Shown here piece after piece: positions 1-9,339 of a DNA stretch of 64,000 nucleotides. Numbering within the stretch: position 1 is the stretch's first letter; each line of letters starts with the position of its first letter. This stretch comes from an uncultured delta proteobacterium (GTDB lineage Bacteria > Desulfobacterota > Desulfobaccia > Desulfobaccales > 0-14-0-80-60-11), in contig CAWETI010000003.1 in NCBI GenBank assembly GCA_963812015.1, forward strand, positions 1,760,001 to 1,824,000. The letters run 5' to 3'. A program made the translations under genes and the position numbers. The notes under the pieces were generated by a model. It had not been told where the DNA came from. It ran no database searches and saw nothing but the letters and a program-made list of their open reading frames with translations.

Positions 1-712
1 CCAGATCCTGGGTCTTGACGGCATGTTGGCTGGAGGTGAGCACCTGTTCTAATTGCTGTTGGGCCAGGGAAGGAAAATGGAGGCGATACAGGGTCTGGGC
101 CAGGTACAGATGGTTAGTGCTGTTATCCGGGCCCAGCCGCACCGCCGCCTGGAGGTGTTCCAGAGATTTTTTCAGGTCCCCCACCGACATGGGCCAGCCT
201 GGGGCTTCGAAATAGATGCGGCCCAGCACCCGGTGGGCCCCGGCCTGGTCATAGGTTTCATCCAGGACCACGGCGCGTTCAAGCTCCTCGATGATCTGGG
301 GGAGCAGCTTGCGTCCTGTCATTAACCCGCCGGCATCGGCCTGGCCGCACAGATTCATGGCCAGCCAGTAATAGCCCTCGGTTCGGTTGGGGTCCTCATT
401 GATAAGCATCTCGGCGTAGATCTTGCCCTTGCGGTAAAAGCCCTCGCTGTATTTTTTGGGGGACATATCTCCCATCACGAAGCAGACTCGAGCCAGTTGC
501 GCCAGAATCAGGGGCCGGGGCGCCCCGCCCGAGGACAGGAGACCGTTGTAAAGGGTCAGGGCTTGTTCGGCCTGGCTCATGTCCAGGGTGGGGCTCATAA
601 GGAGCGCGTCGGCTTCGGCCAGCGGTCCGGTCCCGGCGCCGCGGCCAGCGGTCGCACTCAGGAGCGTGATCGCGATGCATCCCAAAATCTTCAGCCAGCA
701 CGTACGTGGCAT
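1..712 (-). CDS. Secreted TPR-like protein, partial (runs off the left edge)
   Basis: Translated by hand from ATG at 712: MPRTCWLKILGCIAITLLSA... signal peptide, then EGYYWLAMNL...LERAVVLDETYDQAGAHRVLGRIYFEAPGWPMSVGDLKKSLEHLQAAVRLGPDNSTNHLYLAQ, which are TPR-like helices. No stop before base 1, so it is absent from the ORF track. Confidence 0.8.
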   Translation of the reverse strand, partial: MPRTCWLKILGCIAITLLSATAGRGAGTGPLAEADALLMSPTLDMSQAEQALTLYNGLLSSGGAPRPLILAQLARVCFVMGDMSPKKYSEGFYRKGKIYAEMLINEDPNRTEGYYWLAMNLCGQADAGGLMTGRKLLPQIIEELERAVVLDETYDQAGAHRVLGRIYFEAPGWPMSVGDLKKSLEHLQAAVRLGPDNSTNHLYLAQTLYRLHFPSLAQQQLEQVLTSSQHAVKTQDL

Positions 713-947
713 AATTTGTCCCGGCAAGGAAAATTAGGGGTGATTTAAGGACCCAAAGCCCGCACTAGTCATAATTTCAATATAAATCTGCCAAAGCCCG
801 TTGCCAACCCCGGAAGGCGTGGCCGGGGTAAATATTTGACTTTTTCTCCACCTGGCCATCATCGAGGTTTCCTCATAAGACCTTGCCCGGCCGCCGTTTC
901 TGTGATAGAGGATTGAGGAAACCCACATGCCGGTGGCAGGAGGAAAA

Positions 948-1358
948 ATGGCTGGGCTCAACAAGGTTATTCTGGTGGGGAATCTGGGGGCCGATCCGGA
1001 GATGCGCTATACTGCCGACGGGACTGCGGTGTGCAAGTTCTCCCTGGCCACTAGCCGGAAATTCACTGGGAAAGATGGACAGAAGCAGGAAAAGACCGAG
1101 TGGCATCGCATCGTGGTCTGGCGCAAACTGGCGGAGATCTGCGGCCAGTATCTCTCCAAGGGCAAACAGGTAATAATTGAGGGCCGGATTGAGTACGGGT
1201 CCTACGAAAAGGACGGCGTGAAGCACTATACCACCGACATCGTCGCCGAAAATATGACGATGCTGGGAGGCCCTGGTCCAGGCAACCGGGGGCAAGAGCC
1301 GGAGCCGCCTTTTGGACCGCCGCAAGGCGGGGCCCCGGAAGACGATATCCCCTTTTAG
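948..1358 (+). CDS. ssb: Single-stranded DNA-binding protein
   Basis: LNKVILVGNLGADPEMRY, TEWHRIVVW and the acidic C-terminal DDIPF tail; AGGAGG RBS before ATG 948. Confidence 0.97.
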   Translation: MAGLNKVILVGNLGADPEMRYTADGTAVCKFSLATSRKFTGKDGQKQEKTEWHRIVVWRKLAEICGQYLSKGKQVIIEGRIEYGSYEKDGVKHYTTDIVAENMTMLGGPGPGNRGQEPEPPFGPPQGGAPEDDIPF

Positions 1359-1427
1359 GGTTTAGGGCCGGCGGAGCCGAGAGCCCCGCTCCGGAAAATT
1401 CGCAGCCACGGGAGAGATGAATCCGTT

Positions 1428-2069
1428 TTGCAACTCAGGCGACGCCAATTACGGGAACAAATCGTTACCTTGCTCCAAGCAGGGAATTTCCCGGGCCTGG
1501 AGGAACTGGCGGGCCGGAATTCCGGCGTGGCTCCCATCCTGATGCAACTTTTCTATGACCCGGGCGATCTCCTGCACTGGCGGGCCCTGGAGGGCCTGGG
1601 ACATGTAGCCGGATCCCATCCGGCCCAGGTGCAAAAACTCATCAACCGGCTCATCTACCTGCTCAACGAGGATTCGGGGAGCAACGGCTGGGGGGCGGCC
1701 TCGGCCCTGGGAGAGATCGGGCGGCACCAAATCTCCCTGGTGAGAGAGATCATCCCCATGTTCATCGGCTTCCTGGAGGAACCCTTTTCCCGGGAGCCCA
1801 TGCTCTGGGGCATAGGTCGGCTGGGGGAGGTGCATCCGGAACTTCTCCACGAAGTCTTGCCCGAGATTGTACCTTTTCTCACAAATCCTGAGCCCCAACT
1901 GCGGGCCCTTACTGCCTTGGCCCTCGGGAAAGCCCGCTACCGGCCCGCAGCCGGTGCCCTCCGAGCCCTGGAAGAAGACGACCACCCAGTGCAGCTTTAC
2001 GACCGCGGTAACCTGATCAAGACCACCGTGGGCCAACTCGCCCGGGAAGCTTTAGCTGGCCTGGCCTGA
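1428..2069 (+). CDS. HEAT-repeat protein (DVU0298-like)
   Basis: WRALEGLG, LLNEDSGSNGWGAASALGEIG, LWGIGRLG HEAT-like repeats. Confidence 0.75.
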   Translation: MQLRRRQLREQIVTLLQAGNFPGLEELAGRNSGVAPILMQLFYDPGDLLHWRALEGLGHVAGSHPAQVQKLINRLIYLLNEDSGSNGWGAASALGEIGRHQISLVREIIPMFIGFLEEPFSREPMLWGIGRLGEVHPELLHEVLPEIVPFLTNPEPQLRALTALALGKARYRPAAGALRALEEDDHPVQLYDRGNLIKTTVGQLAREALAGLA

Positions 2070-2145
2070 ATCAGGCCTGGCCGAGGATTCATCATTTTCT
2101 GTGCATGCGCATCAGATTAAACCCGCATAAGAAAGGAAGGTGCAG

Positions 2146-2277
2146 ATGTTTCTACTCATCGTTGCTTTTGGCCTCGGCGTATTCGTAGGCTACAAATACC
2201 CCCAGCAAGTTGATCAGGCCGTCCAGTCCGGCAAAAAAGTCTTTAATGATTTAAAGGATAAGGTCTCCAAAAAGTAG
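2146..2277 (+). CDS. Small membrane-anchored protein (43 aa, YtxH-like architecture)
   Basis: AAGGAAGG RBS; MFLLIVAFGLGVFVGYKYPQQVDQAVQSGKKVFNDLKDKVSKK*; below the ORF-track length cutoff. Confidence 0.65.
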   Translation: MFLLIVAFGLGVFVGYKYPQQVDQAVQSGKKVFNDLKDKVSKK

Positions 2278-2453
2278 CCCCGAAGATTCACTCTCTGCTC
2301 TCCCTCCGGGGAGCCCGGCGGGCTTGCCTCGGCCCTGGGCCTCTCGACTTCCAGGTGCCCTTCCCGGGGGGAAGCACCCGGGCAATCTTTGGGAGTTGGG
2401 AAGCGGGGCCGCGGGGCGGACGAGGCGGAGCTTGTCAGAGCGCCGCCCGTATT

Positions 2454-3221
2454 TCAGGCTCTCAGCGCGATGATGCCCCCCTGGCGGCCGGTAACCTGGT
2501 CCCGCCGGTAGGAGAAAAAATCTCCGGCGCCACAGCGGGTGCAGAGACCGACGAGGTCGAGGCGCGCCGGCGCGAGCCCGGCGGCGCTGAGTTGGTCCAG
2601 GCTAAGCCGCCAGAGGTCGAAGTAGTCGGGCCGCACCTGGTAGTCCCACAGGGGTGCAGGAAATTCCTGGCGGAAGTTCCGGAATTCGGCGCAGCAGGGG
2701 CCCAGGCTTGGTCCTATGGTGGCATAGAGGTCGGCGGGGTGGGTGCCAAACCTATCCTGGAGCAGCCTTACTGTCTCTGCCAGGATATTGTGGACTTGCC
2801 CGCGCCAGCCGCAATGGACGTTGGCCACCACCCGGTTGACGGGATCATAGAGCATGACCGCCTGGCAGTCGGCCTGTTTGATGAGCAGGCCCAGGCCGGG
2901 TACGGTGGTGATCAGAATGTCCACCTCCGGGATGTCCGAAACCAGGGCCTGGCGGGCCGAGCTGATCACCGCGGCCCGCCCGCCGTGTACCTGGCCGGCG
3001 CTGGCCAGGACGTCCAGCCCCAGGGCCTCCTGCATCCGACGCAGATTCTCGGTCACCGCCTCCCGCCGGTCCCCCACTGCCAGGCTAACATTGAGGCTCT
3101 GATAAGCCCCGGTGCTCACCCCCCCCTGCCGGGTGAAAAACCCGTGCACCAAACCCGGCAATGCGGCCAGCAAAGGGCTACGATGGTATCTGAGGCCGCT
3201 GATTGCCTCCCAATCCGCCAT
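2454..3221 (-). CDS. pgeF: Peptidoglycan editing factor PgeF / YfiH-family purine nucleoside phosphorylase
   Basis: HGFFTRQGGVS, QVHG, ADC, HCGWRG, GPSLGPCCAEF, CTRC...FFSYRR motifs. Confidence 0.92.
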   Translation of the reverse strand: MADWEAISGLRYHRSPLLAALPGLVHGFFTRQGGVSTGAYQSLNVSLAVGDRREAVTENLRRMQEALGLDVLASAGQVHGGRAAVISSARQALVSDIPEVDILITTVPGLGLLIKQADCQAVMLYDPVNRVVANVHCGWRGQVHNILAETVRLLQDRFGTHPADLYATIGPSLGPCCAEFRNFRQEFPAPLWDYQVRPDYFDLWRLSLDQLSAAGLAPARLDLVGLCTRCGAGDFFSYRRDQVTGRQGGIIALRA

Positions 3222-3478
3222 CCGCCTGCATCTCCTTTTCGGCTACTCTACCATACCCGGTAATGCAGGGAAATTCCAATCTCACCTTCACCAACTGCAC
3301 GATAGGGGCGGGAGCTGAGCTAAAGATTTGATCCTGGTTTGTCCGAGGTCACTATTGTCCTGAAGGAGAAATATGCCGCCCAATTCTTTTTAACCTGGCC
3401 GCATTCCGGACCTAGGGCGTATAATTTAAGATGGAGAAAATTTGTAGCCGGATCAATGCATCGAGGAGGACATCACCC

Positions 3479-4204
3479 ATGGCGGCCAAAAGCCTATTGA
3501 TCGTACAGCACATGAATTGGGAAGGCCCCGGACAGCACCTGCTGGCCGCGCTTCTGGCCGGGTGGATCGACTTCAAGGTTGTGGAGGCCTGGCAGGAACC
3601 CCTGCCCCCCATGGACCCCTATGGCGGCATGATTGTCTTAGGAGGGTCTCCCAATGTGGATGAGGACAAGGAATTCCCCTACCTCGTACCCCTGAAGGCC
3701 CGCATCCGGGAAGTGATCGCCACAAAGAAAGCCTACCTGGGATTTTGCCTGGGGCACCAGTTGCTGGGCCATGTGCTGGGGTGCCGGGTTGGTCCCCTCA
3801 CCCGGAAGTCGGTGGGCTTCATCACCGGGGAACTGACCCCCGCCGGCAGGTCGCACCCGGTTTTCCAAGGGTTGCCGGCGCAGTTCAACCTGTTCAAATG
3901 GCACGGCCAGGGAGTGCTGCCCCCCATGCCAGCGGGTATCAGCCTCCTGGCCAAATCGGACGCGGCGCCGGTTGAGGCCCTGGGGATGGAGGAAAATTCC
4001 CGGGTGGTGAGCCTGCAATATGATAACCATGCCGCGGCGGTGGATGTAGCCACCTGGCTCAAACATGACGGCGAGTGGGCCTTAAAGGGCTCGGGCGCTG
4101 ACCCCGAGGCCATGGTCGCCACTGCCGTAGCCCAGGAAGCCGCCATGGGACTGGAGTTCCGCCGCTTCATGGACAATTTCTTCCGGTTGGTGTGGGGCGA
4201 TTAA
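3479..4204 (+). CDS. Type 1 glutamine amidotransferase-like protein
   Basis: QHMNWEGPG, LGGSPNV, LGFCLGHQL nucleophile elbow, FKWHG; AGGAGG RBS before ATG 3479. Confidence 0.88.
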   Translation: MAAKSLLIVQHMNWEGPGQHLLAALLAGWIDFKVVEAWQEPLPPMDPYGGMIVLGGSPNVDEDKEFPYLVPLKARIREVIATKKAYLGFCLGHQLLGHVLGCRVGPLTRKSVGFITGELTPAGRSHPVFQGLPAQFNLFKWHGQGVLPPMPAGISLLAKSDAAPVEALGMEENSRVVSLQYDNHAAAVDVATWLKHDGEWALKGSGADPEAMVATAVAQEAAMGLEFRRFMDNFFRLVWGD

Positions 4205-4335
4205 TTAATTGGGGGCAGGGATGGTTGGCACCCTAAAGACTGACATAGTCAGGGGGGTTCGCGGGGCAAATTTCGGCGCCTGACCTCCTGGCATGAAAAT
4301 TGAAGCTCCAGTAAAGAAAAATATCAGAGAGTGCT

Positions 4336-4521
4336 ATGATGAAGCGAAACAAACGCACCGAAATTATGGCCCATGAAGACTTGACCCCCCTTACGGAGCA
4401 GATCCTGGCGCAAATGGGCGAAGAAGGGGCTGACATTCGCAAACGCCTAAAGAAATTCTATCGCAATCGCGCCTTTAACCCTCGGTTCTCCTTTGAAGAG
4501 ACCTCGGTAAAAAGCCCATAG
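4336..4521 (+). CDS. Small hypothetical protein
   Basis: 61-aa ORF in an intergenic gap with helical, charged composition; no recognisable motif. Confidence 0.35.
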   Translation: MMKRNKRTEIMAHEDLTPLTEQILAQMGEEGADIRKRLKKFYRNRAFNPRFSFEETSVKSP

Positions 4522-4537
4522 GGCCTTGCTTTATCAC

Positions 4538-4572
4538 GCCATGGGGGGCGCAATCAATCGCGTCCCCACGGC
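4538..4572. repeat. REP-like palindrome
   Basis: Minus strand GCCGTGGGGACGCGATTGATTGCGCCCCCCATGGC: a GTGG-initiated imperfect hairpin. Confidence 0.5.
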
Positions 4573-4944
4573 AAGGTATCATTATTACCTGGCGTTCCAT
4601 GGACTGGATGAGACTAGAGGTTCATGAACAGCTTGGCAATATGGCTAGCGAAGTATAGACTTTGGCATTTGCAGGGTGGGCGCGAAATTATTTCCTGGGA
4701 TGTCCGGGGCAAGCTCATGCCGCTGCTTGGCCAGAAAATTGCTTCCGGGTGCAACTCTTTTTTTCAAGCGTCTCTGCTGATAACTGAACCCTGACCGCTA
4801 ACCGCTTTTTCATCTAAAATCCTGGAGGGACAATACTAACTGAGGGGGTAGTCTAAACGGAGAATATTTTGCGCCTCGGCCCCATGATTTCAGGCCCATT
4901 TTCAAAGAAAGACGCTTCATTTCCCCAGGGATGCATACCTTTGC

Positions 4945-4973
4945 TTGACGGGCACGGCGGCGGTGTTTATAGT
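4945..4973 (+). promoter_or_regulatory. Sigma70-type promoter
   Basis: TTGACG-17 nt-TATAGT, about 30 nt upstream of the ATG at 5006. Confidence 0.65.
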
Positions 4974-5005
4974 GGGGTCAGTATGAATGGGGGGAGAGCA
5001 CACTT

Positions 5006-5401
5006 ATGACTTGGTTACACCTGTTACTGGTTCTGGGACTGTTGACGGCGGGATGCGACCAGGTGTTGTATCAGCGCTTCGAAAAGAGCATGTGGTCCAA
5101 CTACGTCCACCTGAATGAACTGAAAAAGGGGATCACCAAGTCCGAAGTGTTGGGCATCATGGGCCCGCCCGGGATCAGTGAATCAGGGGATTACCGAGCC
5201 GGCCACTACAACATCCTTTTCTACCTGACCCACAGCATGGATTTCGATGAGAGCAACACCGTCCGCAACGGCTACACCCCCCTGGTATTCCAAAATGACC
5301 GGTTGGTAGGCATCGGCAGGCGAGATTACCGTCAGGCGGTAGACCGCCCGGAATCCGATGGGGTGCCCCGGGAAAACCTACCCTGGAGTCGAACCCAGTG
5401 A
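5006..5401 (+). CDS. Lipoprotein, DUF3192/SmpA-BamE-like
   Basis: Lipobox LTAGC; LKKGITKSEVLGIMGPP and TPLVFQNDRLVGIG motifs. Confidence 0.75.
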   Translation: MTWLHLLLVLGLLTAGCDQVLYQRFEKSMWSNYVHLNELKKGITKSEVLGIMGPPGISESGDYRAGHYNILFYLTHSMDFDESNTVRNGYTPLVFQNDRLVGIGRRDYRQAVDRPESDGVPRENLPWSRTQ

Positions 5402-5536
5402 CCGGTGACAGCAACCCTGGGAGTTGCCACCGTCTCTGACTGAGGCCGGCTCCCCCTCATAAAACTTTGCCTTGAGCCGGGCCATGGGGCTGCCCGGCTC
5501 CATTGCCCCTCCCCGCCGATGGGGAAAGAGCCTGCC

Positions 5537-6580
5537 TCAGCCCATGGGCAGCTCGATTTTTTCTCCAGCCAGTTGGCCGCAGGCGGCTCTGATCTCCTGC
5601 CCCCGGCTCTCTCTGATCATCACCGTATAATTGGCTTCCCGCAAAATCTCCTGGAACTCCAGGGTGCGCGCCTCCGGTGGCGGCCCATAGGGCAGGCGCG
5701 GGTGGCGGTTAAAAGGGATCAGGTTGATCTTGGCTCGAAAGCCCCGTAGCAGCCGGGCCAGTTGCCGGGCCTGGTCCAGCGCGTCATTGATGCCGTCCAG
5801 GAGCACATAGGCAAAAGTGATGCGCCGGTGCCGGGGCAGCGGGAAGGCCCGGCAGGCGGCCAGGAGTTCTTCCAGCGGGTAGCGTCGGTTGATGGGCATG
5901 ATCCGGCTCCGGGTCTCGTCATCCGGGGCATTGAGGGAGATGGTGAGGTTGGCATTGGCCTCAAGGCCCAATCGAGGGATCAACGGGGCCAACCCGGCGG
6001 TGGACACGGTGATGCGGCGAGGAGAGAAACGCAGCCCCCAGGGCGCGGTGATCATGGCTAGGGCCCGCACCAGGGCGTCAAAATTGGCCAGAGGCTCCCC
6101 CATGCCCATGAAGACCAAGTTGGTGATCTTGAGCCCCCCCGCTAGCTCCCGGCGCACCGCCAAAACTTGATTGAGGATTTCGCTGGCCCTCAAGTTGCGG
6201 ATCAAACCCCGCCTGGCCGTCAGGCAGAATACGCATCCCTGGGCACACCCCACCTGAGTGGACAGGCAGAGGGTGGCGTGGCCTTCTTCCGGGATGAGGA
6301 CCGATTCGATGAGGTTGCCATCTTCCAGGGCGAACAGGAATTTTCGGCAGCCATCCCCGGCCGCTTGCACCTGCTCCACCTTAAGGCCGCTGATCCGGGC
6401 CTGCCGGGAGAGCTCCTCCCGGAAAGGTCGGGCGATATCGGTCATGGCCTCAAACTCGCCGACCCCTTTGTAGAGCCACTTGACTAGCTGCCGGGCCCGA
6501 AAGGCCGGCTGGCCCCAGTCGGCCATAAGCTGCTCCAGCTCCGGGAGAGTGAAATCTTTCAGATCCAAGGGGTGAGTCAT
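5537..6580 (-). CDS. rlmN: 23S rRNA (A2503-C2)/tRNA methyltransferase RlmN
   Basis: CLSTQVGCAQGCVFC radical-SAM motif, MGMGEP, C-terminal AACGQL. Confidence 0.96.
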   Translation of the reverse strand: MTHPLDLKDFTLPELEQLMADWGQPAFRARQLVKWLYKGVGEFEAMTDIARPFREELSRQARISGLKVEQVQAAGDGCRKFLFALEDGNLIESVLIPEEGHATLCLSTQVGCAQGCVFCLTARRGLIRNLRASEILNQVLAVRRELAGGLKITNLVFMGMGEPLANFDALVRALAMITAPWGLRFSPRRITVSTAGLAPLIPRLGLEANANLTISLNAPDDETRSRIMPINRRYPLEELLAACRAFPLPRHRRITFAYVLLDGINDALDQARQLARLLRGFRAKINLIPFNRHPRLPYGPPPEARTLEFQEILREANYTVMIRESRGQEIRAACGQLAGEKIELPMG

Positions 6581-6690
6581 GAGAGGAATGGTGCCGTAGG
6601 TTGATGGCGCTGTCGCGGGTTCTGGCTAAAGGAGGCGTGTGCTCCGTAGGTTAGATGATGAGCAACGTGATCGGCGTACCTCAAAAACGG

Positions 6691-7053
6691 TTATTGCCCC
6701 CGGGCCCGCTCCAGGGATTCCTGCCTGGATTTGCAGGCGATACACATGGTGGTTACGGGCCGAGCCTTGAGGCGCTTTTCGGTGATCTCGCCGCCGCAGA
6801 GTTCGCAGTAGCCGTAGGTGCCGGCATCGATTCGGTCCAGGGCCTCCCTGATCTTGCTGATCAATTTCCGTTCCCGATCGCGGATGCGCAGGGTGAAGTT
6901 GCGGTCGGTTTCCAGACTGGCCCGGTCCGTTGGGTCCGGGAAGGGGGCAATGACGCCGACCATGTCACTGCGCGTCTTGTTGGCCTCTCCCAGGATTTCT
7001 TCCAACCGTTCTTGCAAGAGGGTGCGGAAATATTCCAGTCGTTCAGGTTCCAT
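6691..7053 (-). CDS. dksA: RNA polymerase-binding protein DksA
   Basis: DPTDRAS coiled-coil tip; YGYCELCG...RLKARPVTTMCIACK C4 zinc finger. Confidence 0.95.
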   Translation of the reverse strand: MEPERLEYFRTLLQERLEEILGEANKTRSDMVGVIAPFPDPTDRASLETDRNFTLRIRDRERKLISKIREALDRIDAGTYGYCELCGGEITEKRLKARPVTTMCIACKSRQESLERARGQ

Positions 7054-7081
7054 TACTCAACTCCAGCCTGCTTAAAATGAT

Positions 7082-7570
7082 TTATGGGGTAGCTGCGACC
7101 CGTTGATATTCACCACTGGCTCCCCCGCTCTTTTCCATGAGCATCAGGTCTGAAATCATCAGACCCCGATCCACGGCTTTACACATGTCGTAAATGGTCA
7201 GCGCGGCCACCGCCGCGGCCGTCAAGGCCTCCATTTCCACCCCGGTGCGGGCGTAGGTCTGCACCCGAACCCGGATGGCCACCGCCCACTCTCCGGGCTC
7301 CGGCATAAAGTCCACGTCAATCCCGGTCAGAGGCAAAGGATGGCACAGGGGAATGAGTTGGGAGGTATTCTTGGCCGCCATGATGCCGGCCAGCCTCGCC
7401 GCGGCCCAAACATCCCCTTTGGGGAGGCGGCCGCTCAGGAGCAAGGGGAACACTTTGGGACCCACCACGACCCGACAGGCAGCCGTGGCCTGGCGCAGGG
7501 TCTCGGGCTTGCCCCCCACATCCACCATGCGCATCTGCCCTGATTCATCCAGGTGGGTGAAGCTACTCAT
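7082..7570 (-). CDS. moaC: Cyclic pyranopterin monophosphate synthase MoaC
   Basis: FTHLDESG..RMVDV, LIPLCHPL, TGVEMEAL, IYDMCKAVD, EKSGG. Confidence 0.96.
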   Translation of the reverse strand: MSSFTHLDESGQMRMVDVGGKPETLRQATAACRVVVGPKVFPLLLSGRLPKGDVWAAARLAGIMAAKNTSQLIPLCHPLPLTGIDVDFMPEPGEWAVAIRVRVQTYARTGVEMEALTAAAVAALTIYDMCKAVDRGLMISDLMLMEKSGGASGEYQRVAATP

Positions 7571-8630
7571 GGCCGGCTCTATCCATCTGCCCCCATTCCA
7601 GGCAGCCTAACTCCTCCAGGGGCGACCGCTGATGCGGACTGAGGTTTTGCGGAGTGGTAACGATGACCTCGTTCACTTGATCCCCCGGCAGCTGAGGGGG
7701 GCTCCCCGGCGCCCCGGCCCCGAGAAACCGTAATGTCCAGCCGGTTTGCGTGCCCTGGGGCAGATTGACCGTCTGAAAGCCATCCAGAGTGGGGATGCGG
7801 ATGGCGCCGCCCAGGGCGGCCTCGGCAAAAGAAACCTCGACCTTGCAGTGAATATCGTTGCCCACCCGGGTGAAAAAGTCGTGAGCGGCCACATGGATCA
7901 CTACCAGCAGGTTCCCCGGAGGGCCATTCCGGAACCCGGCCCCGCCCTCGCCTTGAATCCTAAAACGGGCCCCGTCCCGGGTGCCCGGAGGAATCCGCAG
8001 GTGGTATTCCTTCTTATGGATGTACAGGCCCAGGCCGTCGCAGCGCTGGCAGGGATGAGCCACGATTTTGCCCAGGCCCCGGCAACCCTCGCACACGGGA
8101 CCGAACCGCAGCAGCCCGGGCCCCCCGAACCGGCGCCCCCGGCCCTGGCAATCCGGACACTCTCGATATTCGGTGCCCGGCGACCGCCCGGTACCCCCGC
8201 AATGGCGGCAGGGCGGATGATGCTCCACCGCGATGACGGTTCCCATACCCTTAATAGCCGCGGTAAAGGGAATTTCCAGGTCATAGCGGAAGTCGGCCCC
8301 TGCCGACCATGACAGCGGCGTACCCTCCTGGGGAATGCCGAACATCTCTTCAAAGAATTGTTCCTGGTCGGTAAATCGGGGTTGTCGATACTGGGCGGCG
8401 TTTCTCCGGTTGCGGGCCCTGGCCTGGGCCTGGCTCTTGGCTTCGGACCTGGCTGCCAGGATGCCCTCAAAGGCGTCCACCACCAGGCGGAAGCGGGCGG
8501 CAGCTTCCGGATCATCCGGGTTATGGTCGGGGTGGTGCTGGCGCGCCAACAGGCGGTAGCGCCGGCGCACTTCCTCCAAGGTGCTGGTGGGTTTTACCCC
8601 CAAGATACGGTAATAATCCAGATCTGCCAT
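7563..8630 (-). CDS. dnaJ: DnaJ-family chaperone (J domain, CxxCxGxG repeats, C-terminal domain)
   Basis: DYYRILGV, HPD, four CxxCxGxG repeats, IPPGT motif. Confidence 0.9.
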   Translation of the reverse strand: MADLDYYRILGVKPTSTLEEVRRRYRLLARQHHPDHNPDDPEAAARFRLVVDAFEGILAARSEAKSQAQARARNRRNAAQYRQPRFTDQEQFFEEMFGIPQEGTPLSWSAGADFRYDLEIPFTAAIKGMGTVIAVEHHPPCRHCGGTGRSPGTEYRECPDCQGRGRRFGGPGLLRFGPVCEGCRGLGKIVAHPCQRCDGLGLYIHKKEYHLRIPPGTRDGARFRIQGEGGAGFRNGPPGNLLVVIHVAAHDFFTRVGNDIHCKVEVSFAEAALGGAIRIPTLDGFQTVNLPQGTQTGWTLRFLGAGAPGSPPQLPGDQVNEVIVTTPQNLSPHQRSPLEELGCLEWGQMDRAGHE

Positions 8631-8632
8631 GG

Positions 8633-9046
8633 TTAATTATCGGTGGCCTGGTCCGTCCCTATCGGTTGTCCGGCTATGAGGCCGGTAACCATGCCGGTTT
8701 TATCGTCATCGCCGGCGAGTTCGAAGGCCCGACGGGCGAAATGGAGTTTGCCCAGGGCCAAAGCCCGTTCGGCCAGCCGGCGCCAGACTTCCGGCTCCTG
8801 CTTGCCGAGGCGGGCCAGCAGAAAAGCATCTCCCGTTTCCAGGCAGTAAGTCTTAAGTTTCTCCAGATCTTCGGCAACGCCGCCTTTTTTGAAGAACGCC
8901 AGGGCATCTTCCCGCCAACCAAGCTCCAGAAACTTGCTGCCATACTCCCGGCAGAGGCCGGGGCTTAACGACTGATCGTTCAGCAACTGCCTTTTCTTCA
9001 GACAGTTAGGTAACCCTTTCGGCAAGGCCGGAGACACAGGACCCAA
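8633..9046 (-). CDS. Hypothetical helical protein, first gene of the dnaJ-moaC-dksA-rlmN operon
   Basis: 137-aa ORF tightly coupled to dnaJ; TPR-like helical pattern. Confidence 0.7.
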   Translation of the reverse strand: MGPVSPALPKGLPNCLKKRQLLNDQSLSPGLCREYGSKFLELGWREDALAFFKKGGVAEDLEKLKTYCLETGDAFLLARLGKQEPEVWRRLAERALALGKLHFARRAFELAGDDDKTGMVTGLIAGQPIGTDQATDN

Positions 9047-9152
9047 AGTTTACACCTCTTCTTTCAGCTTATCAATTATTTATAAAATATCTTGAAGGGT
9101 ATGTAAACCGTAATTTTCCCGGCGCTGGGGTCGCCGGTAACCGGGGAAAACA

Positions 9153-9181
9153 TTGACTTTCTCCTCATCATTCGGTATGGT
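9153..9181 (+). promoter_or_regulatory. Sigma70-type promoter
   Basis: TTGACT-17 nt-TATGGT. Confidence 0.55.
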
Positions 9182-9339
9182 AAACATGTCCGTGAGTATT
9201 TACCTAATTATTTCGGGAGCTTCAGAGTTGGCACCGGGCGAACTCACAGGGAAATACGGTTCATAGGCGGCCTCCGGGCCGGATGTTCCCAAGGGTTTAG
9301 GTAAGAACGCCATGCCGTCGGCCATCATTAAGCGAACTT

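Noticed and set aside
4329..4336. GAGTGCTA resembling half of a CIRCE element
   Set aside because: The left arm TTAGCACTC is absent at the required 9-nt spacing.
6594..6652. Direct repeat CCGTAGGTT twice between dksA and rlmN
   Set aside because: Only two 9-bp copies, with no further evidence for a target-site duplication or operator.
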